IMG/VR virus record: IMGVR_UViG_3300027861_000018 | Location: 22,269-86,268 of that record | From: a virus | Strand: one strand, 5' to 3' | Length of the DNA stretch: 64,000 nt | Program-made: the position numbers and the translations under genes | Shown here: piece after piece, positions 8,585-18,590 of the stretch | Layout of the letters: every line of letters starts with the position of its first letter | Numbering within the stretch: the first letter of the stretch is position 1 | Notes under the pieces: model-generated | Told to the model about the DNA's origin: nothing | Databases searched by the model: none | The model's input: the letters and a program-made list of their open reading frames with translations, nothing else

Positions 8585-9260
8585 AGCCGCGCTCCCTGAG
8601 CAGTGCTCTGGCAGCCCTGCGAATGCGCCCTGCTTCGCACTCCACCTGCCCGTATGTCATGTCCAAGTACATGGCGATGTGCCGCTTGGTGACCTTGAAC
8701 ACACCTGAATTGCCTGTCAGGTTACGCACCATGGCGTGAAGCTCCCAGTCAGGATTGACCATTGCCTTGAGAATCTTGCGTTGGCCTTTGTTGAGACGAG
8801 CCATCAACAAGATGACTATGGTGCGCGCCTCCGTATTGCCCTCCCCATAGTCAGCCACCTGCTCTGGGGTCAAGCCGCTGATCCCCTGTGCCGGCAAGCT
8901 GTCGACGTATCTGCTGCTGCCATCCTCTGACACCAGGCGGTCCAGCGAGCAGGGGCGGCGAGGCACCTTGTTCCACTCGCCTGTCCCCACGTCCTGCTCC
9001 CACACCCTCGGCATGCGCATCAGAGCATATGCCTTGTTGGCGATGTTCCGATACTCATTGTCCAAGAAATACCCCACATAATTGGGGAGCTTCACGCCCT
9101 TGCTTGGGTCGTATGTCTGAACTGCGCGATGGGCGTGCCAACGCCCTTCTTGGAGCAGGTCGGCATACTCGCCCACGCCCTTGCGCACCAGGACACGGAC
9201 CTTGAAATGGATGAGGCCGATGAATTGCGGCTCGACATCCTCATATCTCAGATTGTTCAT
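8574..9260 (-). CDS. Sigma-70-family RNA polymerase sigma factor-like protein
   Basis: Region-2-like YADLLQEGRWHAHRAVQTYDPSKGVKLPNYV; SLD motif; C-terminal HTH TKRHIAMYLDMTYGQV; RBS CTGGAGTAC. Confidence 0.8.
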   Translation of the reverse strand: MNNLRYEDVEPQFIGLIHFKVRVLVRKGVGEYADLLQEGRWHAHRAVQTYDPSKGVKLPNYVGYFLDNEYRNIANKAYALMRMPRVWEQDVGTGEWNKVPRRPCSLDRLVSEDGSSRYVDSLPAQGISGLTPEQVADYGEGNTEARTIVILLMARLNKGQRKILKAMVNPDWELHAMVRNLTGNSGVFKVTKRHIAMYLDMTYGQVECEAGRIRRAARALLRERGYEV

Positions 9261-9275
9261 TTTGTACTCCAGGGG

Positions 9276-11291
9276 TTATGCGTGTCGGTGGAGGTTGAAC
9301 CAGTGGGGCGCGACCTCTAATATCATGTCAGCCAATTGGCCTAAGTTGTTGCAGGTGCGGTGATTGGGGTAGTAGTGGCGCACGGAATCATCCATGATTC
9401 CGAACCCCCAAACCTCAATGCCAGCTGATATCGCTGCGGCAATGCACGCCTTGAGCTCGCGGCGCATTTTCGCCGAGTTGCCTGGCGCTGCGGGTTGGCC
9501 GTCAGACAAGACCATCAAGATGCGGCGCTTGGCTCTGCGGCACCGCAGCTCTTGGAGAGCCCACTTGACCGAGTCTGGGTCAGCATTCTCCCACAGCCTA
9601 ACCTCTGCTGCCACGCGGCTGCGAACCTGCGACCAGTTCTCATCCCAATCGCACCAGTTGTAGTGCTCAATGGGCGACAGACGACCGTAATGATGCGTGT
9701 GCGTGTAACTTCCGGTGATGGAGTTGCCTGCCGTGAAACCTGTGGCACTAAGCTGAATGCTGTTAGGCGTTGTCCTGTTGATGGAATCCAGCAAGTCACC
9801 CAGAAGCAGGATGCCCTGCTGCATCAGGGCGAATTTGGAACCTGCCATGGAGCCAGAGCAGTCGCCCAACAGCTTGATAGCCACATCATGCGTCTCGCCC
9901 GGCACCAGGCGTGTCCTGATGTTATCGACTGGGCGCCCTGCTTCGCGGATGTTTGCGCGCCACATGGCGCGGCGGTCAAGTCGCCCGTGGCGCTGAGCAT
10001 ATACCTTTGTGGACTGAGACCGCGTAGCCAGCAAGGTGCGCATCCTAGCAGACAGCGTGGCCGACTCCTTGCTAACCCCCTTCGCGATGCGCTCTGCCGC
10101 AGATAGGGTGGCCGCTGTGACGGCTGGCGTCGCAATCATATCCTTCTTGGCTGCGCCGGGGTGCACCGTGTAGTCGGTCATCCCATCCGCCTTGGCCGTG
10201 TTGGTGGGCGCAGCGCCAGCTTGCCTGATTATGGCTTCATCAATCGCTTCATGAATAGGCGACTCAGTGTCAGTGAGCGTGAGAGACCCGGCCTTGAGCG
10301 CCCTAAGTGCCTTCAAGACCTCCTCTGCTGACACTGGCGCCATGTCTGGGCTCTCGGCGCTCTTGTCGCGCTTGGCGCCTCCACCCCCTTCATCCCCTTC
10401 ATCCCCTTCACCCTCTTCACCCTCTTCACCCTCTTCAGCAGGGGCCTCGCTGTCACCGCCTGGCGACATCATACCTTTCAACTCTTCATCAGGGATGGAA
10501 GTGCCGGCGCTGTAAAGCGCGTCAGCATAGCACAGCGCCAGATTCCAAGCATCCCAAACGCTCCCAAGGGTCTCTGGACTGAGCAAGGCATGGAAGCCGT
10601 CAAGAGCCTTCAACACGGTCAGGGACTCTTGGCACAAGAAGCTGTAATCATAACCCCAGGCGTGGAAGATGATCCCGCACCCAACCTGATACGTTGGGTC
10701 AACTGATCTGGGATTAGCTGCCAGCTTCTTGCCCCAACTCCGATGGGCGTGATCACGCCCGGCCTTGAGGTGCTGCGCCACGCCTCGATAACGCTCACCA
10801 GCCCGCCGCTCAATTCGCACATCCTCCACCACATTGAACATCATAGCAACAAGATTGGCGCCAAGTAGTCCGGCGACGACATTCAGAAGGCCGACAGGGG
10901 TGGTGCGATAGGTGCATCGGGTCCCTGGCGGCAGGGCGAGTAATTTGATGTGGTCTGTGACTATGAGGCACGTCCTCTCCCAGATGGCGGCATTGATGGC
11001 AACTGACGCCCTGTCGGCCGCGGCGTGCTCTGCCTCCACCTGCACTTTGACGTGCTCTGATTCATGATTGACCTTGGCCCACACCAAGTCCATATCTTCA
11101 TCAGCCAGCTCTGCGACGTTTGTCGGCAGAGTGACCGTCCCTAGCATGTCAGTCTTGCACTGACCTGACTGGAAGATGACTCGCAGGTCGTGGCGGTCAC
11201 TGAACGTTTGGGCGATACGCTCAAGGCGCCCCCCTATGAGGGGCAATCGCGTCTCAATGGACTTGGCATTCTTGATAGCAGCTTTTGCCAC
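9276..11291 (-). CDS. CobT-like VWA-domain protein (MoxR partner)
   Basis: N-terminal HESEH and NVVEDVRIER; acidic EEGEEG linker; GRLD; MIDAS DCSGSM; ENAD; VLSDGQP. Confidence 0.87.
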   Translation of the reverse strand: MAKAAIKNAKSIETRLPLIGGRLERIAQTFSDRHDLRVIFQSGQCKTDMLGTVTLPTNVAELADEDMDLVWAKVNHESEHVKVQVEAEHAAADRASVAINAAIWERTCLIVTDHIKLLALPPGTRCTYRTTPVGLLNVVAGLLGANLVAMMFNVVEDVRIERRAGERYRGVAQHLKAGRDHAHRSWGKKLAANPRSVDPTYQVGCGIIFHAWGYDYSFLCQESLTVLKALDGFHALLSPETLGSVWDAWNLALCYADALYSAGTSIPDEELKGMMSPGGDSEAPAEEGEEGEEGEGDEGDEGGGGAKRDKSAESPDMAPVSAEEVLKALRALKAGSLTLTDTESPIHEAIDEAIIRQAGAAPTNTAKADGMTDYTVHPGAAKKDMIATPAVTAATLSAAERIAKGVSKESATLSARMRTLLATRSQSTKVYAQRHGRLDRRAMWRANIREAGRPVDNIRTRLVPGETHDVAIKLLGDCSGSMAGSKFALMQQGILLLGDLLDSINRTTPNSIQLSATGFTAGNSITGSYTHTHHYGRLSPIEHYNWCDWDENWSQVRSRVAAEVRLWENADPDSVKWALQELRCRRAKRRILMVLSDGQPAAPGNSAKMRRELKACIAAAISAGIEVWGFGIMDDSVRHYYPNHRTCNNLGQLADMILEVAPHWFNLHRHA

Positions 11292-11334
11292 GGCGCACTC
11301 CTGGTTGCGGGCATAGGGGGCGACCCGCTCAGCT

Positions 11335-11363
11335 ACCTTAGCTGAAGCGCCGCCACAAGGCTA
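11335..11363 (-). promoter_or_regulatory. Putative promoter TAGCCT-N17-TAAGGT with AT-rich upstream element
   Basis: Intergenic; same architecture as the promoters at 12845, 57093 and 57880. Confidence 0.55.
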
Positions 11364-11417
11364 ATTAATTTTATGGCATTCGCCGATAACGCTGGCTGAT
11401 GCCAAGCGCGACCAAGC

Positions 11418-12776
11418 TCAACGGCCGACCACCTGACGGATGATGTCACCCACCGTCTTGTGATCTGGGTCTGCCGGATCAATGCCATTGGTGACACTAA
11501 GCCGAGCTGCCAGATGAATGTTCTTTGTGGCGTGCGCGAGACGCGCCCACACCAGCGACTTCCGCGGGCTGATTGAAGCTCGACAACGCGCCTTGGCCTT
11601 GGCTTCATTGACCTTGATCGCTGTCTGAACAATCATCTTGGCGTCGGAAAGTGCGATGGATGTCTTTCCAACCAGCATCTTGACCCACACCTTGTCAGCT
11701 GGGTACGCGTGGCGCATCTTGATGCCCCATCGATCCAGCGCTGCTGCATTGAGGACGAATGTGCCAGCATAGTCGCCAGTCATATCACCTTGCCCAGACG
11801 TGTTGGCGCTTGCCATGATGCGGAAAGCAGGGTGTGCGTCGACCACTTCGCCGCTAGCGAGGAGCAATTGACAGTGAGGTTTGCCGTCAGCAATGGCCTT
11901 CAATGGGTCGTGGTGGCGCTCAGTCAACCTCTGCAAGACCGTGTGCACCTGGGGCGGCGCAGCGTCAATCTCATCAATCAGAAGCAGATGGCCGCGGCGC
12001 ATGGCGGTTACCACAGGGCCATCTTCCCATGCTGTGACGACACTCCCCTCATCGGTCTCGACCATGACCACGTCACCAACAAGATCAGATGGGCGCATAT
12101 CCCCATAGAAATTGACCCTGGTCACGGGTTGATTCGACAGGGCGCTGATGATGTTGACCAGCGAAGTCTTGCCGCTTCCGGTGGGCCCAATGATGAGCAC
12201 ATTTTCAACCATGGCGATGCCCAGGGCAATCTGCGCCAGAGCTGCCTCGACGCTCCCGCTGATCTCATATCGGTCGTCGTAAGGTGCGACCATGGATGCA
12301 TCCGCAGCACCCCACCCATCCCAGATACCAAGGCGTGCCTTGGCCGAACCGCACGGAAGCTCCATCCATTTCGTGACTCGCGGACCAATGTGCCCGAGCG
12401 GCGCCGGCGCTGCCGCAAGCGAACTGCTCAGCGAAACCCCCTCTTCAGATGCGGGTGCGGGCGCTGGGGTGGGTGCTGGCTCTGGTGCAGGAGGACGGGC
12501 AGCACCCTTGGCTCCGGCTCTGATGCGGGCCGCATTGTACGCGCTCTGCGTCGGCGCTCCCGGATACTTGAGCCGATATGCCTCCACGCGGTCAAGTCCA
12601 GGTTTCAACATCTCTGGATGAGCCTTTCCCAGATGGACGGGCAGAGCGTGAAGCCTGCGCCCGCACTCGCAGCAAATGATTTTGTCGGCGCGACTTGTCT
12701 CATCACGTCCCATGGTGGTCGCCATGATCACCCTGTCTCGCAGCGACAGGTCTGCGATATCGATACGCTTGCTCAT
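11418..12776 (-). CDS. CobS/CbbQ/NorQ-like MoxR AAA+ ATPase with N-terminal Ros/MucR-like zinc finger
   Basis: Walker A GPTGSGKT, WEDGP, Walker B LLIDEID, ASANT and LNAAALDRW. N-terminal IICCECGRRLHALPVHLGKAH...YRLKYP. The ATG at 12776 follows CTGGAGTAC. Confidence 0.88.
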   Translation of the reverse strand: MSKRIDIADLSLRDRVIMATTMGRDETSRADKIICCECGRRLHALPVHLGKAHPEMLKPGLDRVEAYRLKYPGAPTQSAYNAARIRAGAKGAARPPAPEPAPTPAPAPASEEGVSLSSSLAAAPAPLGHIGPRVTKWMELPCGSAKARLGIWDGWGAADASMVAPYDDRYEISGSVEAALAQIALGIAMVENVLIIGPTGSGKTSLVNIISALSNQPVTRVNFYGDMRPSDLVGDVVMVETDEGSVVTAWEDGPVVTAMRRGHLLLIDEIDAAPPQVHTVLQRLTERHHDPLKAIADGKPHCQLLLASGEVVDAHPAFRIMASANTSGQGDMTGDYAGTFVLNAAALDRWGIKMRHAYPADKVWVKMLVGKTSIALSDAKMIVQTAIKVNEAKAKARCRASISPRKSLVWARLAHATKNIHLAARLSVTNGIDPADPDHKTVGDIIRQVVGR

Positions 12777-12800
12777 CCGTGTACTCCAGTGTGCCGTGGC

Positions 12801-12829
12801 GCCGGGGTTGCCGGGGTTGCCGGGGTTGC
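12801..12829. repeat. 9-bp tandem repeat GCCGGGGTT x3
   Basis: Directly visible in the 5' leader of the AAA ATPase gene. Confidence 0.85.
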
Positions 12830-12844
12830 GCGTTGACTGACGGA

Positions 12845-12874
12845 ACCTTAACTGAGCAAGGCACCTTGCGGCTA
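12845..12874 (-). promoter_or_regulatory. Putative promoter TAGCCG-N18-TAAGGT with upstream A-tract
   Basis: Intergenic; shares CAG(C/T)TAAGGT with the 11335 promoter. Confidence 0.5.
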
Positions 12875-12906
12875 CAACTTTTTTTGCCTTAAAGCAATAT
12901 CTGTGC

Positions 12907-13914
12907 TCAATCCCAAGGATTGTGAAAGAGCTTTGCTGCGGCAGCAAGTCCATCAAGCGGAGTGGCAACGAGCGCGGCCTCAATAATGTGACGGCGGGCA
13001 GCCTTTTTGTTGGCCACAGTATCGGGGTCAATGCCGCGAGGCAACTTGACCACCTTCATTGAGCGGAATCGATGAGCAATGTGAGAGCATTTGACCACCA
13101 CGTCTTGGTATGCCTCGCCATCAGGCACCACAATTAGCTCTGGCGGGTCCAGCTCAGCCAATAATTCCACTTGTGGGTCCCGCAAGTGGCTGCCGAAATA
13201 AGGGCACGACTGGAAGCCCCAGCCATCCCATCGTATGGCGTCAAAAATGCCCTCCATCACGTATACGGGGGCACCTGGGTCCAATCTGTCAAAGCCGCCC
13301 AAGAAATTGGCTTGGAGGGTCCCTGGGTTGAGATACTTGAATTTGGACCTGCCGGACATGTCCCGAGCAACAAAGCTCGTCATGCCGCCGCACACAACAG
13401 GAATGACCACGCGCTCGCGATACTTGCCACTCATGCAGTAGCCCATCCCCCAACGTCTAGCAGCTGATTGATTGATGCCCCTGTTCTTCAAGTATGGCGG
13501 GATGCGATAGGTGTTGCGACCCCTGTCCCAGCAAGGCCTGAAGCCCGGCGGCATCGGCACCGAGAGATCAACGGCAGCGGCGGCGCTAAGCGTCCCATCC
13601 TTCAAAGACTGGAACATCTGGGCCAGCTCTGACATTGGTCGAGCTTTGATGATGCCGCGAGCGAAGCGCCCAACGACCTCCACCGCTTGGGCGTATCCGC
13701 AACCCTCAATCTGCATCACCAGGGCGGCAATGTTGCCTCGTGCTTTGCAGTGCCCGGAATAGCAGTTGAACTTCAACTTGCGAATATTCACATACATCTT
13801 GTCGGACCGACCGCAGAAGAGGCAACTGCGCAAGACCAATTCATCCCCATCCCGGTGCTTTTGACGGCGCAGGACAGAGAGATTCCTGAGCAGATAGTCT
13901 TCTGCCGCACTCAC
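12907..13914 (-). CDS. DNA primase (zinc-binding plus TOPRIM domains)
   Basis: CLFC...FNCYSGHC zinc finger; YLKNRGI; KYLNP; MEGIFDA; VVPDG; GIDP. Confidence 0.88.
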   Translation of the reverse strand: MSAAEDYLLRNLSVLRRQKHRDGDELVLRSCLFCGRSDKMYVNIRKLKFNCYSGHCKARGNIAALVMQIEGCGYAQAVEVVGRFARGIIKARPMSELAQMFQSLKDGTLSAAAAVDLSVPMPPGFRPCWDRGRNTYRIPPYLKNRGINQSAARRWGMGYCMSGKYRERVVIPVVCGGMTSFVARDMSGRSKFKYLNPGTLQANFLGGFDRLDPGAPVYVMEGIFDAIRWDGWGFQSCPYFGSHLRDPQVELLAELDPPELIVVPDGEAYQDVVVKCSHIAHRFRSMKVVKLPRGIDPDTVANKKAARRHIIEAALVATPLDGLAAAAKLFHNPWD

Positions 13915-14051
13915 GGATCACACAGCACGCTTGAGGAATGACCTGCTTGGGCGTGGCCGCGCGTTGCAAGGGAGACAAGCAAAAAAATTGCGGTCATCAT
14001 CGCGCACCTCTGGAATTGGGCACAAGCGCCCTTGGTGATTATATCCCCATC

Positions 14052-15365
14052 TCATTCATCCTCATCCTCTTCATCGTCTTCTGGGACGTGTTCAAAATGC
14101 GACCGGCTAAGATCCACCTTCATGGGAATGAGAATCTTGCCGCGGCCGCCGCGGTTCTTGGCCAAAAACCACCGCATCCGGTCTTCACCAGCCTCTCTCC
14201 TGGTCTGGTTCAGCGTCACCACCCGGCTGGCAATCCGAGCCTTGTCATATGCCTCACTGAGATGCTCTGCTGCTGCGATACGATTCAGCGCCTCCTTGGA
14301 CAACTGAACAGTGACGGCAATGGGGATGCCCCTCTCATCTGCGATGGACTTCAACTCCCAGAATGCGTTGGCAGCGTCCAATCGCTTCTCCTTGTTGGTT
14401 TGCGTCGGCGTGAGGTGATCTCCGCAGTCAACCCATAACATCTGACAAGGACGCCCTTCCATCGCAACGTCATCCAGAGCTTGCTCCAGCGTGACGATGC
14501 TGGCGTGGCGAGGCGACATGTGGACCACCTTGAGCTTGCGCGCCAAGCGCTTTTTCATGCGCGCCATCTTATCAACCAGTCGATTCAACTCGCCCTTGGT
14601 GAGATCATGCACGGCGACGCGATCACTTGCCGCACCCATGAACTTGGCATCCAACCGATCAAACATGATGTCCAATCCATTCTCTGTATCAACCAAGAGG
14701 GTGTTGTAGCCGCGTGCAGCGGCGTGGTAAGCTCCATTGATCGCTGTGTGACTCTTGCCAATACCCGTGAGGCCAGCAAAGATGCACATGTCGCCAGGGA
14801 TGAGGCCGCCGCCCGTTAAATCGTCTAGCCGATCATTGCCTGTGGTGACTCTGTAATAGCTCTCTGGGTCTTCACTGCGCTTCTTGCGCATGGCCATCCG
14901 AGCTTCCATCTCCTCAATCCAGTCACCCTCTTGATAGGTGCCAACTGGCCGGTGCCTTGCCGCGACGTGGAGCGCCTCTGTGGCGCCATCCACATCCCCC
15001 CTCTCCATTTTCTTGATGGCCCCTTCAATGCCTGTAGACAGGGCCGCATAGCTGGCGAACTTGCGCAGCTGCTCAAGGGAAGCATGAGCATGAACGACCT
15101 TCCTGTCCAGGAGTGCTCGCGCCTCTTTGAGGTGGTTCTTGGCCTTCTCAGGGTCGCTTGCGAACTCTGCCCTGATCTGAGTCGCTATTAGTTTGGCTGT
15201 GCATTTTTCGCCGGCGGGCAGTTGCACAGTTTGGCGCCAGCACCACTCCAACTCTGTTCCTGTGAAATGCTCTGGCTGAACAATGCGCGCCGCCTGGACT
15301 CTATATGCAGAGTCAGCCATGGCCTTGGCAACAATGTCCTTCTGAAAGCCTACATCAAAAGCCAT
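14052..15365 (-). CDS. DnaB-like replicative helicase (SF4)
   Basis: VTTGNDRLDDLTGGG; Walker A AGLTGIGKS; DTEN; VDCGDHL; VTVQLSK; LAKNRGG. Confidence 0.9.
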   Translation of the reverse strand: MAFDVGFQKDIVAKAMADSAYRVQAARIVQPEHFTGTELEWCWRQTVQLPAGEKCTAKLIATQIRAEFASDPEKAKNHLKEARALLDRKVVHAHASLEQLRKFASYAALSTGIEGAIKKMERGDVDGATEALHVAARHRPVGTYQEGDWIEEMEARMAMRKKRSEDPESYYRVTTGNDRLDDLTGGGLIPGDMCIFAGLTGIGKSHTAINGAYHAAARGYNTLLVDTENGLDIMFDRLDAKFMGAASDRVAVHDLTKGELNRLVDKMARMKKRLARKLKVVHMSPRHASIVTLEQALDDVAMEGRPCQMLWVDCGDHLTPTQTNKEKRLDAANAFWELKSIADERGIPIAVTVQLSKEALNRIAAAEHLSEAYDKARIASRVVTLNQTRREAGEDRMRWFLAKNRGGRGKILIPMKVDLSRSHFEHVPEDDEEDEDE

Positions 15366-16094
15366 CTATTTGCGTCCCTTGCGCCGCTTGCGATAATCGC
15401 CCGGCTCATAAATCAATAGCTTGTTGCGGTCTGACAAGATGGAATCGATGGATGCGCCATACACATCCTTGAAGCCCTTGAGGGACAGGTTGGACACAAC
15501 AATGGTCGGCTTCATCGCGCCTCGTCTCGCTCGGAGCAAGCTATCCACCTCTGCCAGCTTGCTCGCCTCTGCTGATCTGAACTCCTTCCCCATCTCATCC
15601 AACACAAGCCAATCGGCTTGTAGCAACTCGTCAAGCCATGCCTTCAGGTCAGGATTCCTCCAGGTGGCAGGTATTGTCGTGAGATAGTCGTGAGCCGTGA
15701 TGTAACCCACCCTGAAACCTTCGCGCAAAGCCGCTGCCAGTATGAGGCAACTCATGCCTGTCTTGCCCGCCCCATTCTCACCCAGAAGCGTGAAGCCCGC
15801 GCCCGTCTTCCGGTGCTCTTCTATGCGCTCAATGTATGAATTGACTAGCGATAGGTTGTCTTGATTGTGAACCCAATCAAAATCCTCCACTGCCCAAAAC
15901 TCTGGCGGGATGTTGCCGGCCACCAGCCCAACTTTGAAATCAGCGCGGCGGCGACATTCGCACGCCTCTTGCCTTGTTGTGAAATCATCAACGTCCACGT
16001 GGTTCCACCCGGTGCCCCGGCACTCTCTGCACCTGGTGATGATTCGCCTGTGAGAGCGATCAACAAGCGTCACGAAATCAGGCAGGTGAAGCAT
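15366..16094 (-). CDS. DnaC/IstB-like helicase loader ATPase
   Basis: N-terminal CRECRGTG...CEC; Walker A GENGAGKT; LVLDEMG; TIVVSNL; DYR at the C-terminus. Confidence 0.88.
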   Translation of the reverse strand: MLHLPDFVTLVDRSHRRIITRCRECRGTGWNHVDVDDFTTRQEACECRRRADFKVGLVAGNIPPEFWAVEDFDWVHNQDNLSLVNSYIERIEEHRKTGAGFTLLGENGAGKTGMSCLILAAALREGFRVGYITAHDYLTTIPATWRNPDLKAWLDELLQADWLVLDEMGKEFRSAEASKLAEVDSLLRARRGAMKPTIVVSNLSLKGFKDVYGASIDSILSDRNKLLIYEPGDYRKRRKGRK

Positions 16095-16878
16095 CTGCGT
16101 CCCCTACCAGGATGGTTACAGCCTCTTGCCAGCGAGCAGGCACGGGGGTGTCCGGGTCCATGACGAGGGCTTGGGCTAGGTCGTCCACATATCGACAGCG
16201 AGAAGCATCCATATCTGAAGTATCCATCCCGGCATCCTTCAATCGTCGCTTTATGGCCTTGGCTGGTCTGTATTCAGAACCAGCATGACTCTTGCGCTTC
16301 ACGGTCGACGCTACAGCAGGCCCTGCGGAGTCCCTGTTGAGCCAGTTGGATTGAGCATAAGGCCCTGCCAGATGCGACGGGCCAGGAACATGTACGGCTG
16401 CGATGGGGCTGTAGAGCGCCAAAGCATAGTCAGCATATTCCTTGAAGTCCACCTTGTGATGCTTGAGCCACGCATAGAGACTCTCCCATTTGCGCTCATC
16501 AGCTGGCGTGGGAGTCCACGGTCTGAATCCGTTATCGCCTCTCCACAGTTGGTACAGCTCAAACAATATTTGGCATTGAGCCGCCATCGTAGGCACCGGG
16601 CTTGAGCTCAATGTCCCCTTGGGAGATACATCAGGGGCTGCTGCCTTATAGACCATCCCGCCGTGCTTGAGCTCCACCGGAGCCACCAACTCCATCTCCA
16701 GCAGTATGTCCAGCCCTTCGCGCCAGTTAATGTCCGTTGGCCCAAATACCTTGTCAAAATGCGGTTGGCCGCCGCCGCCAGGCAAGGCGTGCCTGAGATA
16801 AGTCCATATGACCATGGCGTCACTTGATAAGTCGCTTGTCAAGATACCTTTGAGCTGGGCCTTGTCCTTCTGTCTCAC
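16078..16878 (-). CDS. Hypothetical protein, possible replication initiator
   Basis: Lies immediately upstream of the loader and helicase; N-terminus resembles a winged helix (LSSDAMVIWTYL). Function is inferred from synteny only. Confidence 0.5.
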   Translation of the reverse strand: MRQKDKAQLKGILTSDLSSDAMVIWTYLRHALPGGGGQPHFDKVFGPTDINWREGLDILLEMELVAPVELKHGGMVYKAAAPDVSPKGTLSSSPVPTMAAQCQILFELYQLWRGDNGFRPWTPTPADERKWESLYAWLKHHKVDFKEYADYALALYSPIAAVHVPGPSHLAGPYAQSNWLNRDSAGPAVASTVKRKSHAGSEYRPAKAIKRRLKDAGMDTSDMDASRCRYVDDLAQALVMDPDTPVPARWQEAVTILVGDADASPA

Positions 16879-18551
16879 GACACTACCTCAATATCAAAAG
16901 CACCCTGCTCTCGATACAGACGAATGCGCTCAAGGGAGTGATCTGCTAGATACTTATTGTGCAAATCCATGAAATCAATCAAGATGGCGCGCTGCTCTGC
17001 TATTGGCACCCCAGGGATGGGAGTCAGCTGGCGATTGCGCTGCAGACAAGCCTTGCGACTAGCGCCCCCCTCTGCGTTGAGCACGGCCTGAATGGCGGGG
17101 ATGTCCACGCCCTCGCCGAACACGGTCCCAATTATGACATCCAACTCTCCCGCAATGTATGACTCGATGATGGCCTCACGTCGCTTGGTCGAGGTCTGGC
17201 CTATGACTTTCCCGACACGGATGTCGGCACCCTCCATCATCTCGACAAGGAGTGAAACGTGCGCCAACTCCTGGACCACGACCAGAGACTTGATGCCCTC
17301 GCCAGCTAGACGCCTGACCTCAGCCACGATGCGATTGTTTCGCCATTCGTGCTTGATTATGCCCTGGCTGCGCGCCTCGTTGTAGACGCCATTGACCTCT
17401 GGCGCTTTGGGGACCTTGATGAGCTGAACCGATGGTCGCACCAGGAAGCCCATATCAATGAGCCGATTAACGTCCAAATCATACACGATGGGGCCAGTAG
17501 TCGCTCTCACCCAGATAGACCCAGTGGGGTAGCCGCCACTTTCATCCTCTGTCCAGATTGTAGCGCTGAGGCCAATCTTGTGCTGAGCATCCAATGCCTC
17601 CAGGACCTGGCGCCACCTCTCGCCTTCCAGGTGATGGACCTCATCGAAGAACACAACATCAAAGTGGCCAAACAATGCCGTGGTGCGCTCTAGCTTGTGC
17701 CGCTCGCGCTCGATGCGCTTGCTGACCGGGATGATCTGCGCCTTGGCATCTATTGTCCATATGCCTCGCGCGTTGGTCATCTTGGTCCAACTCGCAGGCT
17801 GATACATGTTGCTGACAAGACTCCTCTTTGCCTTGGCGATCAGCAAGTCCAATTCTGATTCATCGGCAACAGGCGGAATGGAGGTGAGTGCCTGGCGCGC
17901 TCTGCGCTTGGCGCGCCTGATCCGCGGCCTCATATCCTCCATGTTGCGAGCTATTGACTGGACGCTCGCCACTGTGACGTCCCGCACATCCCAAGCCCCT
18001 CCCCCTATGCGGCCAATGGGCACTCCCAACACATCGCTGAACAGGCGGTGGGTCTGATTGAGCAAAAGGTCGGATGTGACGAGAAAGAGAGACCGGCGCT
18101 TGATGCGATCAATTATCAGCGATGCGATGACCGTCTTGCCCCCACGGGTGGCAACCCTAACCAAGCACTTGCCTGTGGCCAACCCGCGGTCGGCGACCAC
18201 GGCGTCAGTCGCAGCCACCTGGTAGTCACGACCCTTCCAAGCAGGATTCCAGGCGGTGATGATGGGCGGATGCATCGGGCGCCGGTGATCGCGCCATCTG
18301 ATCTTCTCTCCCAGCTCTTTGGCTAGCTCTCTGATGTCTGTCACAAGGCCAACCGGAGCGCGATATCCGCCACCTGATCTGGCTGGGATTGCCTTCAGCA
18401 GGCGCTCCTTGCCGTCCCATCTGTGAGCTTTGAAAGCAGATACGTGCTCATGCCCTTCCACAAAATAGCTCGTGCGCGCTGACAGCTTCCTGATGTAGCT
18501 CATAGGTGCGCCAAGCACTACCGCATATTGGTTATCAACGTGCACTTCCAC
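16875..18551 (-). CDS. Superfamily 2 DEAD/DEAH-box helicase (UvsW/Rad25-like)
   Basis: RDYQ, ATRGGKT, FDEVHH, GLSAT and EGVDIP. Confidence 0.9.
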   Translation of the reverse strand: MEVHVDNQYAVVLGAPMSYIRKLSARTSYFVEGHEHVSAFKAHRWDGKERLLKAIPARSGGGYRAPVGLVTDIRELAKELGEKIRWRDHRRPMHPPIITAWNPAWKGRDYQVAATDAVVADRGLATGKCLVRVATRGGKTVIASLIIDRIKRRSLFLVTSDLLLNQTHRLFSDVLGVPIGRIGGGAWDVRDVTVASVQSIARNMEDMRPRIRRAKRRARQALTSIPPVADESELDLLIAKAKRSLVSNMYQPASWTKMTNARGIWTIDAKAQIIPVSKRIERERHKLERTTALFGHFDVVFFDEVHHLEGERWRQVLEALDAQHKIGLSATIWTEDESGGYPTGSIWVRATTGPIVYDLDVNRLIDMGFLVRPSVQLIKVPKAPEVNGVYNEARSQGIIKHEWRNNRIVAEVRRLAGEGIKSLVVVQELAHVSLLVEMMEGADIRVGKVIGQTSTKRREAIIESYIAGELDVIIGTVFGEGVDIPAIQAVLNAEGGASRKACLQRNRQLTPIPGVPIAEQRAILIDFMDLHNKYLADHSLERIRLYREQGAFDIEVVS

Positions 18552-18590
18552 GGGCAGACCTCCGGCACTACCCTACAGCGCACACGCGGA

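Noticed and set aside
9276-12776. Cobalamin biosynthesis (cobS/cobT) as auxiliary metabolism
   Set aside because: No cobN or other cob genes; a generic MoxR/VWA pair is the simpler reading.
12777-13031. 85-aa N-terminal extension of the AAA ORF with NPG repeats
   Set aside because: Overlaps the primase end and a promoter; a clear RBS supports the ATG at 12776.
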